This document shows, piece after piece, positions 26,895 through 35,007 of a stretch of DNA of 64,000 nt. Numbering within the stretch: position 1 is the first letter of the stretch; each line of letters starts with the position of its first letter. The DNA lies in the IMG/VR virus record IMGVR_UViG_3300042386_001233, positions 179,822-243,821 of that record; one strand, written 5' to 3'. The notes under the pieces were generated by a model, which did not search any database, had not been told where the DNA came from, and saw only the letters and a program-made list of their open reading frames with translations. The position numbers were made by a program, and so were the translations under genes.

Positions 26895-27152
26895 TCAACC
26901 ACTAGGATAATCTGGTGGGTAAGGCTGTTCTGGTGGTGGTGGTTTTGGTTGCCCCTCATCGGGTTGCCAGTATGGAGCATCCATATAATCTACATTACCG
27001 GGAGCTTCACTACAATCAATATTGTGAATACAAAAAGGATCATTATAGTTTATCCTATATGTTCCACGCCACACACCAATAGGCTCACCATAATAGATGA
27101 TCTTCTGACCATTAATAGGACGACGAGGTCCGTGGAAACTAATCCATTCCAT
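26895..27152 (-). CDS. hypothetical protein
   Basis: MEWIS..P.. N-terminus, Pro-rich tail. Confidence 0.6.
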   Translation of the reverse strand: MEWISFHGPRRPINGQKIIYYGEPIGVWRGTYRINYNDPFCIHNIDCSEAPGNVDYMDAPYWQPDEGQPKPPPPEQPYPPDYPSG

Positions 27153-27668
27153 TAGGATGCCACCTCTGTTTCGCAGTCCATCAGTTTATTAAAAACACGT
27201 TCTTGCATCTTCATAAACTGATTCTGATTTCCCCAATATTCTCCACGCTCCATATTCTCACATACCAGATTATACAAATAGTTAATTTCGGTTTTGGTCA
27301 GCTCAAGCGTTGTAGTTTTCATCCCTTAGTAACCTCAATACTCCACTTAGTACCCTTCAACTCAGCAATCACACACATGTCCAACTTAACCAGTTCAGCC
27401 ACAATTTCGGCCAAACGCTCAATCTCATTAATATTTAAGTAGATCATTATACCCTCATCACTATCTTTTCGTACTCAGTAATCAAATCAGTCACCGTTAT
27501 ACCATACTTCTCTGCTAAAGTCAATGCGTCTTTTTTAGCAGGACTCCTGATCATCATTGGGTTTTTAAGAACCCTAAGAACATAAACTATCGCTGCGTTT
27601 CTATCTGATTCTTCTTTATTCATCACTTCTCCTTTGTATTGTTATACCGGCTGTTAATGGATCGACTT

Positions 27669-27741
27669 ACCAGATAACAGGGTTTGAACCTGTAACTCCT
27701 CTCATCTCTGAGTGGAACTCTGCCATTTGAGTTATATCCAG
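27669..27741 (-). pseudogene. tRNA-like element with non-canonical anticodon arm
   Basis: intact acceptor, D (ACTC/GAGT) and T (ACAGG-TTCAAAC-CCTGT) arms; no 7-nt anticodon loop. Confidence 0.6.
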
Positions 27742-28230
27742 CGATAGTTTTACAGATAATGTCCGGTATCACGCATTAACTAACCTCAAGGTTTTACCTT
27801 ATCTAAGGTTTCTATCCGACCCCTGTTTGTAATCAGCGAACCATTTACGACTCCGGTTCTATACTCCACTAATACCCGATATTTTTAACCCTTGGGCCAG
27901 GTAAACACTAGTGGAAACCGTCCACGGAAACCTCCCTGAGATTGTTCATGAAGCAATCTGTCTGGCTCTTGGGAACGATTACTGATTGTATTATAACGTG
28001 GTGAGGACGCGATCCCCCATAGATTGGCACTACTATCCAGTGCGTAACCGGCACTGTCAGCATCATCGCTGCCGCGACATGCGATGCTTATCGTAATGAG
28101 TTACCCAACCTAGTCCAAGGCATGGACCCACGAGTTTTGTATTGTAAAGCAGATAGGGTTGAGCCATACTCGACAGCCATTTAACCGTGGCTACTTTGAT
28201 ATCATTCTGCCAGCGGCCCTCATCTGCTTG
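27742..28230 (-). ncRNA. candidate large structured ncRNA (~490 nt), unclassified
   Basis: no plausible ORF, own promoter (TTGACA-16-TATAGT, ~28238-28265), at least 7 hairpins, followed by tRNA-like element. Confidence 0.5.
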
Positions 28231-28422
28231 TTTCTTAACTATACCTCATTATTTTTTGTTGTCAAGTATTTTTGAAAGAACAGGACAGGCAGCACTGGGC
28301 GTCGCACCCACCATAGTACGCGAACTATGTTGCTTCAACGTAGGTCTATTTAGCAGTTTATCTTGGCCTTCGATAAACGCGAACAACCTTGTGCTACCTG
28401 TCTTGTCCTCTCTTGTTCAATC

Positions 28423-28451
28423 ATTCTACATCTATTATCGTCACTTGTCAA
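28423..28451 (-). promoter_or_regulatory. sigma70-type promoter TTGACA-17-TAGAAT
   Basis: direct match; CGATA in spacer. Confidence 0.75.
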
Positions 28452-28490
28452 GAGGCTTCTGTAGGAATTCCAAAAATTTTTTAGTATTGA

Positions 28491-28572
28491 CGTAACCCTA
28501 TGATACACAAGCACTTACATCAAAGTCGGCCGCCCGCCCTATCCCTAAGTTCTTTAAGGATAAGGACTTACG
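28491..28572. repeat. 82-bp element A9
   Basis: 29+24+29. Confidence 0.9.
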
Positions 28573-28573
28573 A

Positions 28574-28753
28574 TCAGTAGTCTTCAGCCTCAATAGGCTC
28601 GTCGGCAGAGTAATTGGAGTTGGTCAACACTTCTGGCCTATACTTACTCAACTTTTTATCCAGACACTCCAAACAAACCCTACCCAGTGGAATTCCCCTA
28701 GCATCACTTTCCCACCAACTTTTCTTGCCAGACCCACATGGACAAACTCTCAT
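28574..28753 (-). CDS. small SEC-C-motif-like protein, 59 aa
   Basis: hand-translated MRVCPCGSGKKSWW...CLEC. Confidence 0.6.
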   Translation of the reverse strand: MRVCPCGSGKKSWWESDARGIPLGRVCLECLDKKLSKYRPEVLTNSNYSADEPIEAEDY

Positions 28754-28762
28754 GATATCCCC

Positions 28763-28966
28763 TTAGTTATTACTAGCCCCAATAGACTCACGAACCCTAA
28801 CCGCACCTTCGTTCTTGGCAATCTCAAGAGCCCTACAAAAGAACTCAAAGAAAATATCCAACTCATCATGAATAGACTGCTCATCCACAGTAGCAGCATT
28901 AAACAGACGAATGGAAAAATCGGCCACACAATCACAAACAGCCATACGTTCATCATCTGTCAACAT
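28763..28966 (-). CDS. hypothetical protein
   Basis: ORF with RBS after promoter. Confidence 0.6.
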   Translation of the reverse strand: MLTDDERMAVCDCVADFSIRLFNAATVDEQSIHDELDIFFEFFCRALEIAKNEGAVRVRESIGASNN

Positions 28967-29025
28967 AAAATTCTCCCTTTCTGCTCAATATACTCTATGA
29001 AAAACTCTTTGTCAAGCCCCAACTA

Positions 29026-29073
29026 TTGGCTGACTATACCCACTCAGCCCGACCCGCTAGGGTTAGGCGGGAC
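29026..29073. repeat. 48-bp repeat family B, copy 7 (diverged)
   Basis: gap-free alignment. Confidence 0.65.
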
Positions 29074-29208
29074 AACTATGGGTAATTCGCTCAATGAGCA
29101 AATTCTTCCCATACAACTTTTCGGCCTGAGACAACGCATGATAGGTACTGTACGCATGAACATATCCTACCACCTTATTACCCTTCATGACCATATAGGT
29201 ATCGGTAC

Positions 29209-29481
29209 TCATTCGTCATCCTCCGATCCGGCAAACATACTATTCCAGCACTCATCGTCAAATCCCGTCATCAGAATTTCACGCTGTTCAGCATTGAGAT
29301 GAAGAAAGCAGTTTTGAATCAACTCTCCATTGAGCCAACGCTGTGCGTCAGCAAGTCGAGTAGAGATTGCAAAATCCTTGCCGCTCTTGGTCTGACCCTC
29401 AAACATCACCCAAGAGCCATCGCTGCTAACAGTTCGCGTGACATCATCACTAAAAGCAAACGGCTTACCGAGCATAAACAT
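29209..29481 (-). CDS. hypothetical protein
   Basis: LIQNCFLHLNAEQREILMTG phage motif. Confidence 0.7.
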   Translation of the reverse strand: MFMLGKPFAFSDDVTRTVSSDGSWVMFEGQTKSGKDFAISTRLADAQRWLNGELIQNCFLHLNAEQREILMTGFDDECWNSMFAGSEDDE

Positions 29482-29508
29482 CTTCTTTTTCTCCTTTTGA
29501 TTCCTTGT

Positions 29509-29537
29509 ATTCTACACTACTATTATCGACCTGTCAA
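29509..29537 (-). promoter_or_regulatory. sigma70-type promoter TTGACA-17-TAGAAT
   Basis: direct match; CGATA in spacer. Confidence 0.75.
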
Positions 29538-29566
29538 GAGGAAAAACTTGAGCAAAAAAAGATTGT

Positions 29567-29648
29567 CGTAAAGTGTTGTGAGATAAAGACTTACGACTCG
29601 CGGGGCGGGCCGACCTCGCCCTAAGTCCTTTGGTGTCAAAGAGTTAGG
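29567..29648. repeat. 82-bp element A10
   Basis: 29+24+29. Confidence 0.9.
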
Positions 29649-29682
29649 GGTTGGTCAGTTAGTAGGCAGAGACTGCTAGTTT

Positions 29683-30087
29683 TTAGAACAGGTTAGCAAA
29701 CCCGCTCTTGAACAAAGCACCGGCCAGCAACGGCTTTCGGCACTTCGTTACACGTTCTGCGTAGAAATTACGCACCTTACCATCCGCAGTTCGACACGTT
29801 ACCAGATTACTGGTACGCACAAACTCAGGATCATTGATACGATACCGACTCTTGCGATTGAGTCTCGCAATCTGATCGGCAGTCAACGTCTGCTTGCCAA
29901 TCACCTTAGCAAGAAAACGCTCATGCGTTCCATGCAAAGGCTGCTCGTAAACAAAGTTGAAAACCTGACCCTCTTGGGCATTCGCCAAGCTAGCTTTCGA
30001 TCCACCATAGACCGAATAGAAGACGAAACCCACAACAGCAACGGCAGCAGCCGCAAAAATCGCACCAAACAGAATCACATCGTTCAT
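29683..30087 (-). CDS. membrane-anchored WYL-like domain protein
   Basis: TM helix; FNFVY...R..; RNFYAERV resembles RxFRLDRI. Confidence 0.5.
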   Translation of the reverse strand: MNDVILFGAIFAAAAVAVVGFVFYSVYGGSKASLANAQEGQVFNFVYEQPLHGTHERFLAKVIGKQTLTADQIARLNRKSRYRINDPEFVRTSNLVTCRTADGKVRNFYAERVTKCRKPLLAGALFKSGFANLF

Positions 30088-30132
30088 AGAAACCCTTTCA
30101 AATTGAAAACCGATCACAACATCCATGCCACA

Positions 30133-30161
30133 AGTCTACACTAATTATCGTCATTTGTCAA
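30133..30161 (-). promoter_or_regulatory. sigma70-type promoter TTGACA-17-TAGACT
   Basis: direct match; CGATA in spacer. Confidence 0.7.
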
Positions 30162-30421
30162 GCGGGAACTTTAGAAAAATTTTCTTCCCAATACTCTACC
30201 ATTTCAGCCATGTTGATACCACTATCATTCCAAGCCACACAATCGGGCGTTTCGAACCGAATAGGACTCACTTCAAAAATCTCACGAATCAAAATTCTAA
30301 AATGATCGTAAGAGCCACACTGTTTGGCTAGAGTATACAAACCCTCATCGTTGCTGATCCACAAGCAGACATTCCAAGTTTGATAGTTTTGATAGCCGTT
30401 ATAGGTTCCGTCGGGACTCAT
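30158..30421 (-). CDS. conserved phage hypothetical protein
   Basis: YNGYQNYQTWNVCLWISNDEGLY motif. Confidence 0.7.
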   Translation of the reverse strand: MSPDGTYNGYQNYQTWNVCLWISNDEGLYTLAKQCGSYDHFRILIREIFEVSPIRFETPDCVAWNDSGINMAEMVEYWEENFSKVPA

Positions 30422-30451
30422 GTTCTCACCCTTGCCTTTCTTCTATACTGC

Positions 30452-30480
30452 ATTCTACTATCTATTATCGTCAATTGCAA
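30452..30480 (-). promoter_or_regulatory. sigma70-type promoter TTGCAA-17-TAGAAT
   Basis: direct match; CGATA in spacer. Confidence 0.65.
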
Positions 30481-30516
30481 GTGGTAAACTTGAATCTTTC
30501 AGCATTGCAAGGTTTC

Positions 30517-30598
30517 CGTAAGTCTTTATTCGATAAGGAGTTACAACAATCTGGGGCGCCCGCCCTTACCCCAAGTTCTTTGGAGTTAAGGACTTGCG
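30517..30598. repeat. 82-bp element A11
   Basis: 29+24+29; abuts TGA stop of nuclease gene. Confidence 0.9.
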
Positions 30599-31144
30599 TC
30601 AAGCTTTCACTTTCTGCTTTTTCTTTTTTGTTACGGGCATCTTGAGCTTTTTCCAAGCTGTTCCTTCAAGATTACGAAAAGAAGAAGTAGTAACATCGAT
30701 CTGGCTTGCCTTAGAACGATGATTACCAACAAACTCCCTCGCTGTCGCTTTGGTCATCCATCGGACTTTAGGCCCATTAGGAGTAACATATACCAGAAAA
30801 AGAATATCAAACTTAGACAATTGCACATGCTTGAATGAAAATTTATATCTAGTAATTTTCTTAGTCCTGCTACTAACCAGAGGAGTAGCTAAAGCTGATT
30901 TCACTTCAATCCTAACATCCTTATTCAAGGTAATGTCGTGGGAATGAGATCCACCATGATAGCTTGTCTTGTGCTTCTTCAGCAGTCCATCCCTAACCAT
31001 CTTTTCAATTGCATGACCACGAAACTGCGACCCCATCTTAGAGAGTTTATATGCTGATTCGCTCTTGGATGGAGAGAAAATAGCAGGCCGCTTCAATCCC
31101 TTGAGTTCTGGAAGCACACGACTCAAATCTTTCATCGTGAACAT
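30599..31144 (-). CDS. PD-(D/E)XK restriction-endonuclease-like protein
   Basis: GHAIE ... HDI ... RIEVKS catalytic pattern. Confidence 0.6.
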   Translation of the reverse strand: MFTMKDLSRVLPELKGLKRPAIFSPSKSESAYKLSKMGSQFRGHAIEKMVRDGLLKKHKTSYHGGSHSHDITLNKDVRIEVKSALATPLVSSRTKKITRYKFSFKHVQLSKFDILFLVYVTPNGPKVRWMTKATAREFVGNHRSKASQIDVTTSSFRNLEGTAWKKLKMPVTKKKKQKVKA

Positions 31145-31168
31145 AGCTTGTCCTCCTTTGGTTGAGTC

Positions 31169-31196
31169 ATTCTACAGGAGTATCGGCTATTGTCAA
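31169..31196 (-). promoter_or_regulatory. sigma70-type promoter TTGACA-16-TAGAAT
   Basis: direct match; CGATA in spacer. Confidence 0.65.
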
Positions 31197-31223
31197 TAGA
31201 TTCGGTAAGAAATTCTCTTTCGT

Positions 31224-31305
31224 CACAATCCTATGCAAGATAAGGACTTACGTCAAATCCGGCTCCCCGCGTCGGCCCTAAGTGCTTGAACACAAAGGGT
31301 TTACG
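31224..31305. repeat. 82-bp element A12
   Basis: 29+24+29. Confidence 0.9.
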
Positions 31306-31320
31306 ACGAGAGATTATTTT

Positions 31321-31551
31321 TTACTCAAAATCAACAAAGATGATTTGAGCATAGCCGCGAGGCTTAACGGTATAGCCATCGCCATAGTCAAGAGTATCGG
31401 CCTTGACCGCAGTCATACCGGCCAGAGCCTTGGCCTTACGAATAACACTACGCTGAGAAGCATTCTTCTTGGGGATGAACTCATAACGATTCACCCAACC
31501 ATAGTTAGCTTCACCACCAAAAGTATCCGTATGGGTAACAACGCACTTCAT
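31321..31551 (-). CDS. hypothetical protein
   Basis: TDTFGGEANYGWV phage motif. Confidence 0.7.
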   Translation of the reverse strand: MKCVVTHTDTFGGEANYGWVNRYEFIPKKNASQRSVIRKAKALAGMTAVKADTLDYGDGYTVKPRGYAQIIFVDFE

Positions 31552-31694
31552 TTAACAAGTTCCTTTGCTTTCATGGTTTCAAGATACAACTGTTCCAACA
31601 TCTTCACACGATTCACTGCACGACTAGCTTCACGATTCATGAGTATAACAGCTTTCTGGTGTGCTGTCAAGGGCTTTTTGTTTTTAGTTTTCAT
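31548..31694 (-). CDS. small hypothetical protein
   Basis: RBS GAGG before MKTKNKK. Confidence 0.5.
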   Translation of the reverse strand: MKTKNKKPLTAHQKAVILMNREASRAVNRVKMLEQLYLETMKAKELVK

Positions 31695-31710
31695 TTTATT
31701 CCTCACTAGA

Positions 31711-31917
31711 CTACCACCCATTACGGCGGCACTCTTCATTCCAAGCTTCCACTTCTTCCCGTTGCTTACGAGTAACCGCCGGACCCTCACCAGTCAGATA
31801 AGCATCACGAGCAGCATCATACCCATCGTCACTATCCACAAACGGTTCGCAGTGTTCCTTGCAACGCGAGCAAATATCACCACGATAGATCATCACACCA
31901 CAGCAATCACTCAACAT
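31711..31917 (-). CDS. zinc-ribbon hypothetical protein
   Basis: SDCCG..CSRCKEHC. Confidence 0.6.
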   Translation of the reverse strand: MLSDCCGVMIYRGDICSRCKEHCEPFVDSDDGYDAARDAYLTGEGPAVTRKQREEVEAWNEECRRNGW

Positions 31918-32036
31918 CTTTCACTCTCTCTTTCTCTATCTCTTATATCGACAAGTATAGCATAGAAACTTTAGGTGTCAAGCAGAAAATTTTGAAAAAA
32001 AAGAAAAGATTTTTTGGCACGACATCTGCTATGAGT

Positions 32037-32118
32037 CATAAGTCCTTACTGCTAAAGGATTTACGTCAAATCCGGCCCGCCCCGCCAGCCCTAAGTGCTT
32101 ACGCACAAAGGGTTTAGG
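32037..32118. repeat. 82-bp element A13
   Basis: 29+24+29. Confidence 0.9.
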
Positions 32119-32126
32119 GCGAGTGC

Positions 32127-32519
32127 TTAGAATTTTCCTCCAAAATCTGGACTAATTCCAAGTTGCTCCTGAACATCTTCATCGTTCAGGGTATCTTCAT
32201 CCATCATGAAATCCATATCATCAAAGAACATTTCGATTTCTGGCTGTCCATCATGGGCCATAATAGCAGCAAAATCATAGATCATAAAGTAAGCCGTAGC
32301 TTGCACCCATGATTCTACAAGTCCCGAATGTAACTCAATAGTGTCTCTATTAAGATAAACATACTCTATTGCAGAACACTTTGTGCTATCATTCATCTCA
32401 TCCCATACCGGAATTTCATACTTATTCAATTCTTCAGCAAGAACGCCATCTTCTAGCCACTGTGAATAATTCTCATATGTAGCTTCAATCATTCCCGTCG
32501 CAATCTTTCGATACTGCAT
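32127..32519 (-). CDS. acidic hypothetical protein
   Basis: 130-aa ORF with RBS. Confidence 0.7.
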   Translation of the reverse strand: MQYRKIATGMIEATYENYSQWLEDGVLAEELNKYEIPVWDEMNDSTKCSAIEYVYLNRDTIELHSGLVESWVQATAYFMIYDFAAIMAHDGQPEIEMFFDDMDFMMDEDTLNDEDVQEQLGISPDFGGKF

Positions 32520-32535
32520 TGTTCTTTCCTTTTAA

Positions 32536-32811
32536 TTAGTCGTTATATGGCCCGTCTTCATTGTAGTCCACAAATCCCACAGCCTCATCGGCGTGGAAAT
32601 CTTCTACTCCATCGTCACCATAGTAACCGTAATCCTCGTCGGTTCCCCATCCAGCGGAAGCCAACGCAGATTCAGCATCACCATCCATACTATCATCAAA
32701 CGAATCATCAGAATCATTCTCCAGGTCATCATTTCCAGCCCAATAATCGTTAGTACGATCATCAGCGTCGATACCGTAAAAATCTTCAAGATCGTCATAT
32801 TCGTAGCTCAT
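32536..32811 (-). CDS. hyperacidic protein (DNA-mimic candidate)
   Basis: 33 D/E, 1 R, 0 K in 91 aa. Confidence 0.65.
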   Translation of the reverse strand: MSYEYDDLEDFYGIDADDRTNDYWAGNDDLENDSDDSFDDSMDGDAESALASAGWGTDEDYGYYGDDGVEDFHADEAVGFVDYNEDGPYND

Positions 32812-32877
32812 GATCAATCCCTCACGATGGTAGTAACGTAAAACAAACCCACATAGCCCACAACAAAAGCAATTGCA

Positions 32878-33051
32878 CTAAGCATTAGTATACTCCTCGG
32901 GAACGAATTCGTCAACAGCACCTACAACGTCAGCCCAATCCCAAAAATTGACTTCCACACTGGGGTCATCGATAGGCTCGACCATCGGCTCAACAATCCC
33001 CGCTTCGGCCATGTCGTTCAGAATATCGTTGATCTCGTCGAAGTTCAGCAT
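32878..33051 (-). CDS. acidic small protein
   Basis: 16 D/E, no K/R in 57 aa. Confidence 0.6.
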   Translation of the reverse strand: MLNFDEINDILNDMAEAGIVEPMVEPIDDPSVEVNFWDWADVVGAVDEFVPEEYTNA

Positions 33052-33088
33052 GATTCTGGTTCCTGTGGTTTCCGTTCGTGATGCTGCG

Positions 33089-33117
33089 ATTATACTCTTA
33101 TTATCGGCCAGCGTCAA
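33089..33117 (-). promoter_or_regulatory. sigma70-type promoter TTGACG-17-TATAAT
   Basis: direct match; CGATA in spacer. Confidence 0.75.
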
Positions 33118-33179
33118 GCAGAAACTTGGAAAATTCCAGAATATAATTTCATGCCAAAGACGAAAAATCTTTTAGTTAA

Positions 33180-33261
33180 CGTAAAGTCTTGGTGCATAAA
33201 CACTTACGCTTCGCGGGGGCGGCCGGACTCGACGTAAGTCCTTACAGGTGAAGGAGATACG
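33180..33261. repeat. 82-bp element A14
   Basis: 29+24+29; contains stop of 33242-33430. Confidence 0.85.
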
Positions 33262-33430
33262 TCATAGTGCAGCCAATAATAAAACACACCCCCCACAATA
33301 TGTAGTCACTCACTTTCATCATTTTCCTCCATATACATGATATTTGACATACTAGCGTACAGTACAATACCACAAATATAACCGAAAGCAACACTAATAA
33401 AGTCGAACTGATACATCCGTGTATCTCCAT
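33242..33430 (-). CDS. small membrane protein (start uncertain)
   Basis: hydrophobic ORF. Confidence 0.4.
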   Translation of the reverse strand: MEIHGCISSTLLVLLSVIFVVLYCTLVCQISCIWRKMMKVSDYILWGVCFIIGCTMTYLLHL

Positions 33431-33443
33431 TTTGTTTAAGTGG

Positions 33444-33632
33444 TCAATCCCCGTATCCTACCCAGAAATCATCACCCTTATCATTCTTCATAAGAGTAAA
33501 ACCCCTGGCCCGCATATTCTCATACTCGTTTATTCTCTGCCAAACTTCTCCCACAATAGTGAGAAAATAAGCAAAGAACAAAACCCCACACATAACCGCC
33601 ACCCAGACCCACACCATAATAAAATCGCTCAT
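33444..33632 (-). CDS. small membrane protein
   Basis: GGAGG RBS, TM helix. Confidence 0.6.
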   Translation of the reverse strand: MSDFIMVWVWVAVMCGVLFFAYFLTIVGEVWQRINEYENMRARGFTLMKNDKGDDFWVGYGD

Positions 33633-33634
33633 AT

Positions 33635-33838
33635 TCAAGCCTCCGGTTGAGTAGAGATAGCAGTTAGATTCCCGCACTGCTCAAGATAGCACGAACGATA
33701 CTTACCCTCACCCAATTTCACAATCATCAAATGACCCTTGGGCTTATCATAAACCCTACGAACCTCACCCCTGAAGCTCTTACCCTTATAATCAAAAGCT
33801 ACCCAATCATGTCTCTGTGGCAACGTGAGATTGTCCAT
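33635..33838 (-). CDS. small WYL/Sm-like protein
   Basis: VAFDYKGKSFRGEV...GKYRSCYLE. Confidence 0.5.
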   Translation of the reverse strand: MDNLTLPQRHDWVAFDYKGKSFRGEVRRVYDKPKGHLMIVKLGEGKYRSCYLEQCGNLTAISTQPEA

Positions 33839-33919
33839 ACTTTTCCTCTTTGTTGTTAGTTCTCGTTTTCCCTATACCTATTATCGACATTCTACCATAT
33901 CAACCTTTAGCCTGCAATA

Positions 33920-33937
33920 CCTTACAGTATCGATAGG
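33920..33937. promoter_or_regulatory. 18-bp palindromic operator family C, copy 1
   Basis: CCTTAC-AGTATC-GATAGG, 2 bp upstream of -35. Confidence 0.55.
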
Positions 33938-33944
33938 TTGGCCT

Positions 33945-34157
33945 CTAACCCCTCTTAGGGGCTACGAGATCAACCCTCACGATTTCCTTGGTGTCGAAAC
34001 CCTGAGAACGCATATACTGGTAAACCGCACGGTCTGAACCGCAACGGTAAACTCTATAGGCTTTCCCATTCTTCATATGCACGATATGATCGTAAATATA
34101 AATAGAGGGAAGCGAACGGGTGAAACTTTCGACTGAAACTGACTCTCTCATCTTCAA
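33945..34157 (-). CDS. hypothetical protein
   Basis: ORF after perfect promoter. Confidence 0.55.
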   Translation of the reverse strand: MKMRESVSVESFTRSLPSIYIYDHIVHMKNGKAYRVYRCGSDRAVYQYMRSQGFDTKEIVRVDLVAPKRG

Positions 34158-34180
34158 CTCTCTTTCTTTCTTGTCCTACG

Positions 34181-34209
34181 ATTATACATCTATTATCGTC
34201 CAGTGTCAA
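34181..34209 (-). promoter_or_regulatory. sigma70-type promoter TTGACA-17-TATAAT
   Basis: perfect consensus; CGATA in spacer. Confidence 0.8.
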
Positions 34210-34230
34210 GCTATTTCTAGAGAAAAGAAT

Positions 34231-34248
34231 CCTTACAATATCGTAAGG
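34231..34248. promoter_or_regulatory. family C operator, copy 2
   Basis: CCTTAC-AATATC-GTAAGG. Confidence 0.7.
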
Positions 34249-34249
34249 T

Positions 34250-34331
34250 TGCAAGTTGTTGCGTCATAAGGAGTTACATCAAATCGGGGCGGTCGCGTTT
34301 GCCCTAAGTCCTTATAGGGTAACGCTTTAGG
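34250..34331. repeat. 82-bp element A15
   Basis: 29+24+29. Confidence 0.9.
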
Positions 34332-34364
34332 TCAACTGCTATATGTTTGTGCAGTAGTGATCGT

Positions 34365-34739
34365 TCATTCATCACTCTTGAAGCTGAACGGGCTGAGTTC
34401 CAGATGGGCGACCACACCATACTGTTTGGTCAGTTCCTCGATACGTTCACGGCTTCCCGGCTTTCCAACCGGAACGATCATGGTATCCTCACCCCCCACA
34501 TAGCGGGGGTCAGCCTTTTCCTTGCGAACCTTGCCAATGTTCTTCAGTGCGGTACGATTGAATTTGAGTACCTTTTCGGTCACAACGTAACGCTTGTGGT
34601 CAGTCACACCGTGAACGTAGTCAACGTCGATGATGCACTGCTCATCGGTCACTTCGTGGCGAACTGGAATCGCGATACCCTTGAAGATCATACGGGCTTG
34701 ACGCTTGGCATTTTCGATGATTGGATACTTGGTTTTCAT
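34365..34739 (-). CDS. hypothetical protein
   Basis: GC-rich ORF; VGKPGSRERIE motif. Confidence 0.7.
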   Translation of the reverse strand: MKTKYPIIENAKRQARMIFKGIAIPVRHEVTDEQCIIDVDYVHGVTDHKRYVVTEKVLKFNRTALKNIGKVRKEKADPRYVGGEDTMIVPVGKPGSRERIEELTKQYGVVAHLELSPFSFKSDE

Positions 34740-34779
34740 TGTCTTTTTCTCTAAGGGTCTATCGTTCTCTTGTGCGATC

Positions 34780-34808
34780 ATTATACCAAACTGATTTTAT
34801 CGTGTCAA
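34780..34808 (-). promoter_or_regulatory. sigma70-type promoter TTGACA-17-TATAAT
   Basis: perfect consensus. Confidence 0.8.
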
Positions 34809-34826
34809 CCTTACAATACCGTTAGG
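34809..34826. promoter_or_regulatory. family C operator, copy 3
   Basis: CCTTAC-AATACC-GTTAGG directly abutting -35. Confidence 0.65.
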
Positions 34827-35007
34827 CCCAGGGATGGCCGTAGGCATCAACTGCGGGAGCTAGCTCATCGTCCGAAAAATATGCGTTCATACTTTCGGTT
34901 ACGGTTACTTCCCACACATTACCCTCATCGTATTCCCAGCCTACGATTTTGCCAAACTTTTTCTCTTTTCCCCACATGAACGATACGCTGTCACCAATTT
35001 CAAACAT
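34822..35007 (-). CDS. small SH3/KOW-like hypothetical protein
   Basis: MFEIGDSV..GKIVG.. Confidence 0.6.
   Translation of the reverse strand: MFEIGDSVSFMWGKEKKFGKIVGWEYDEGNVWEVTVTESMNAYFSDDELAPAVDAYGHPWA

Noticed and set aside
27669-28230. tmRNA or RNase P RNA
   Set aside because: No GGGGC...GAC 5' end, tag ORF or CCA acceptor; no GAGGAAAGUCC P4 signature
13933-29073. Family B as HDV-like/theta ribozymes (CAGCGAA resembles J4/2)
   Set aside because: No P1/P1.1/P2/P3 nested double pseudoknot can be drawn, and copies are not at tRNA 3' ends
29596-29619. Central spacer inverted in some copies (G-rich vs C-rich)
   Set aside because: A10 core matches the reverse complement of A7, but the spacer ends and arm asymmetry stay in forward orientation; insufficient evidence for inversion
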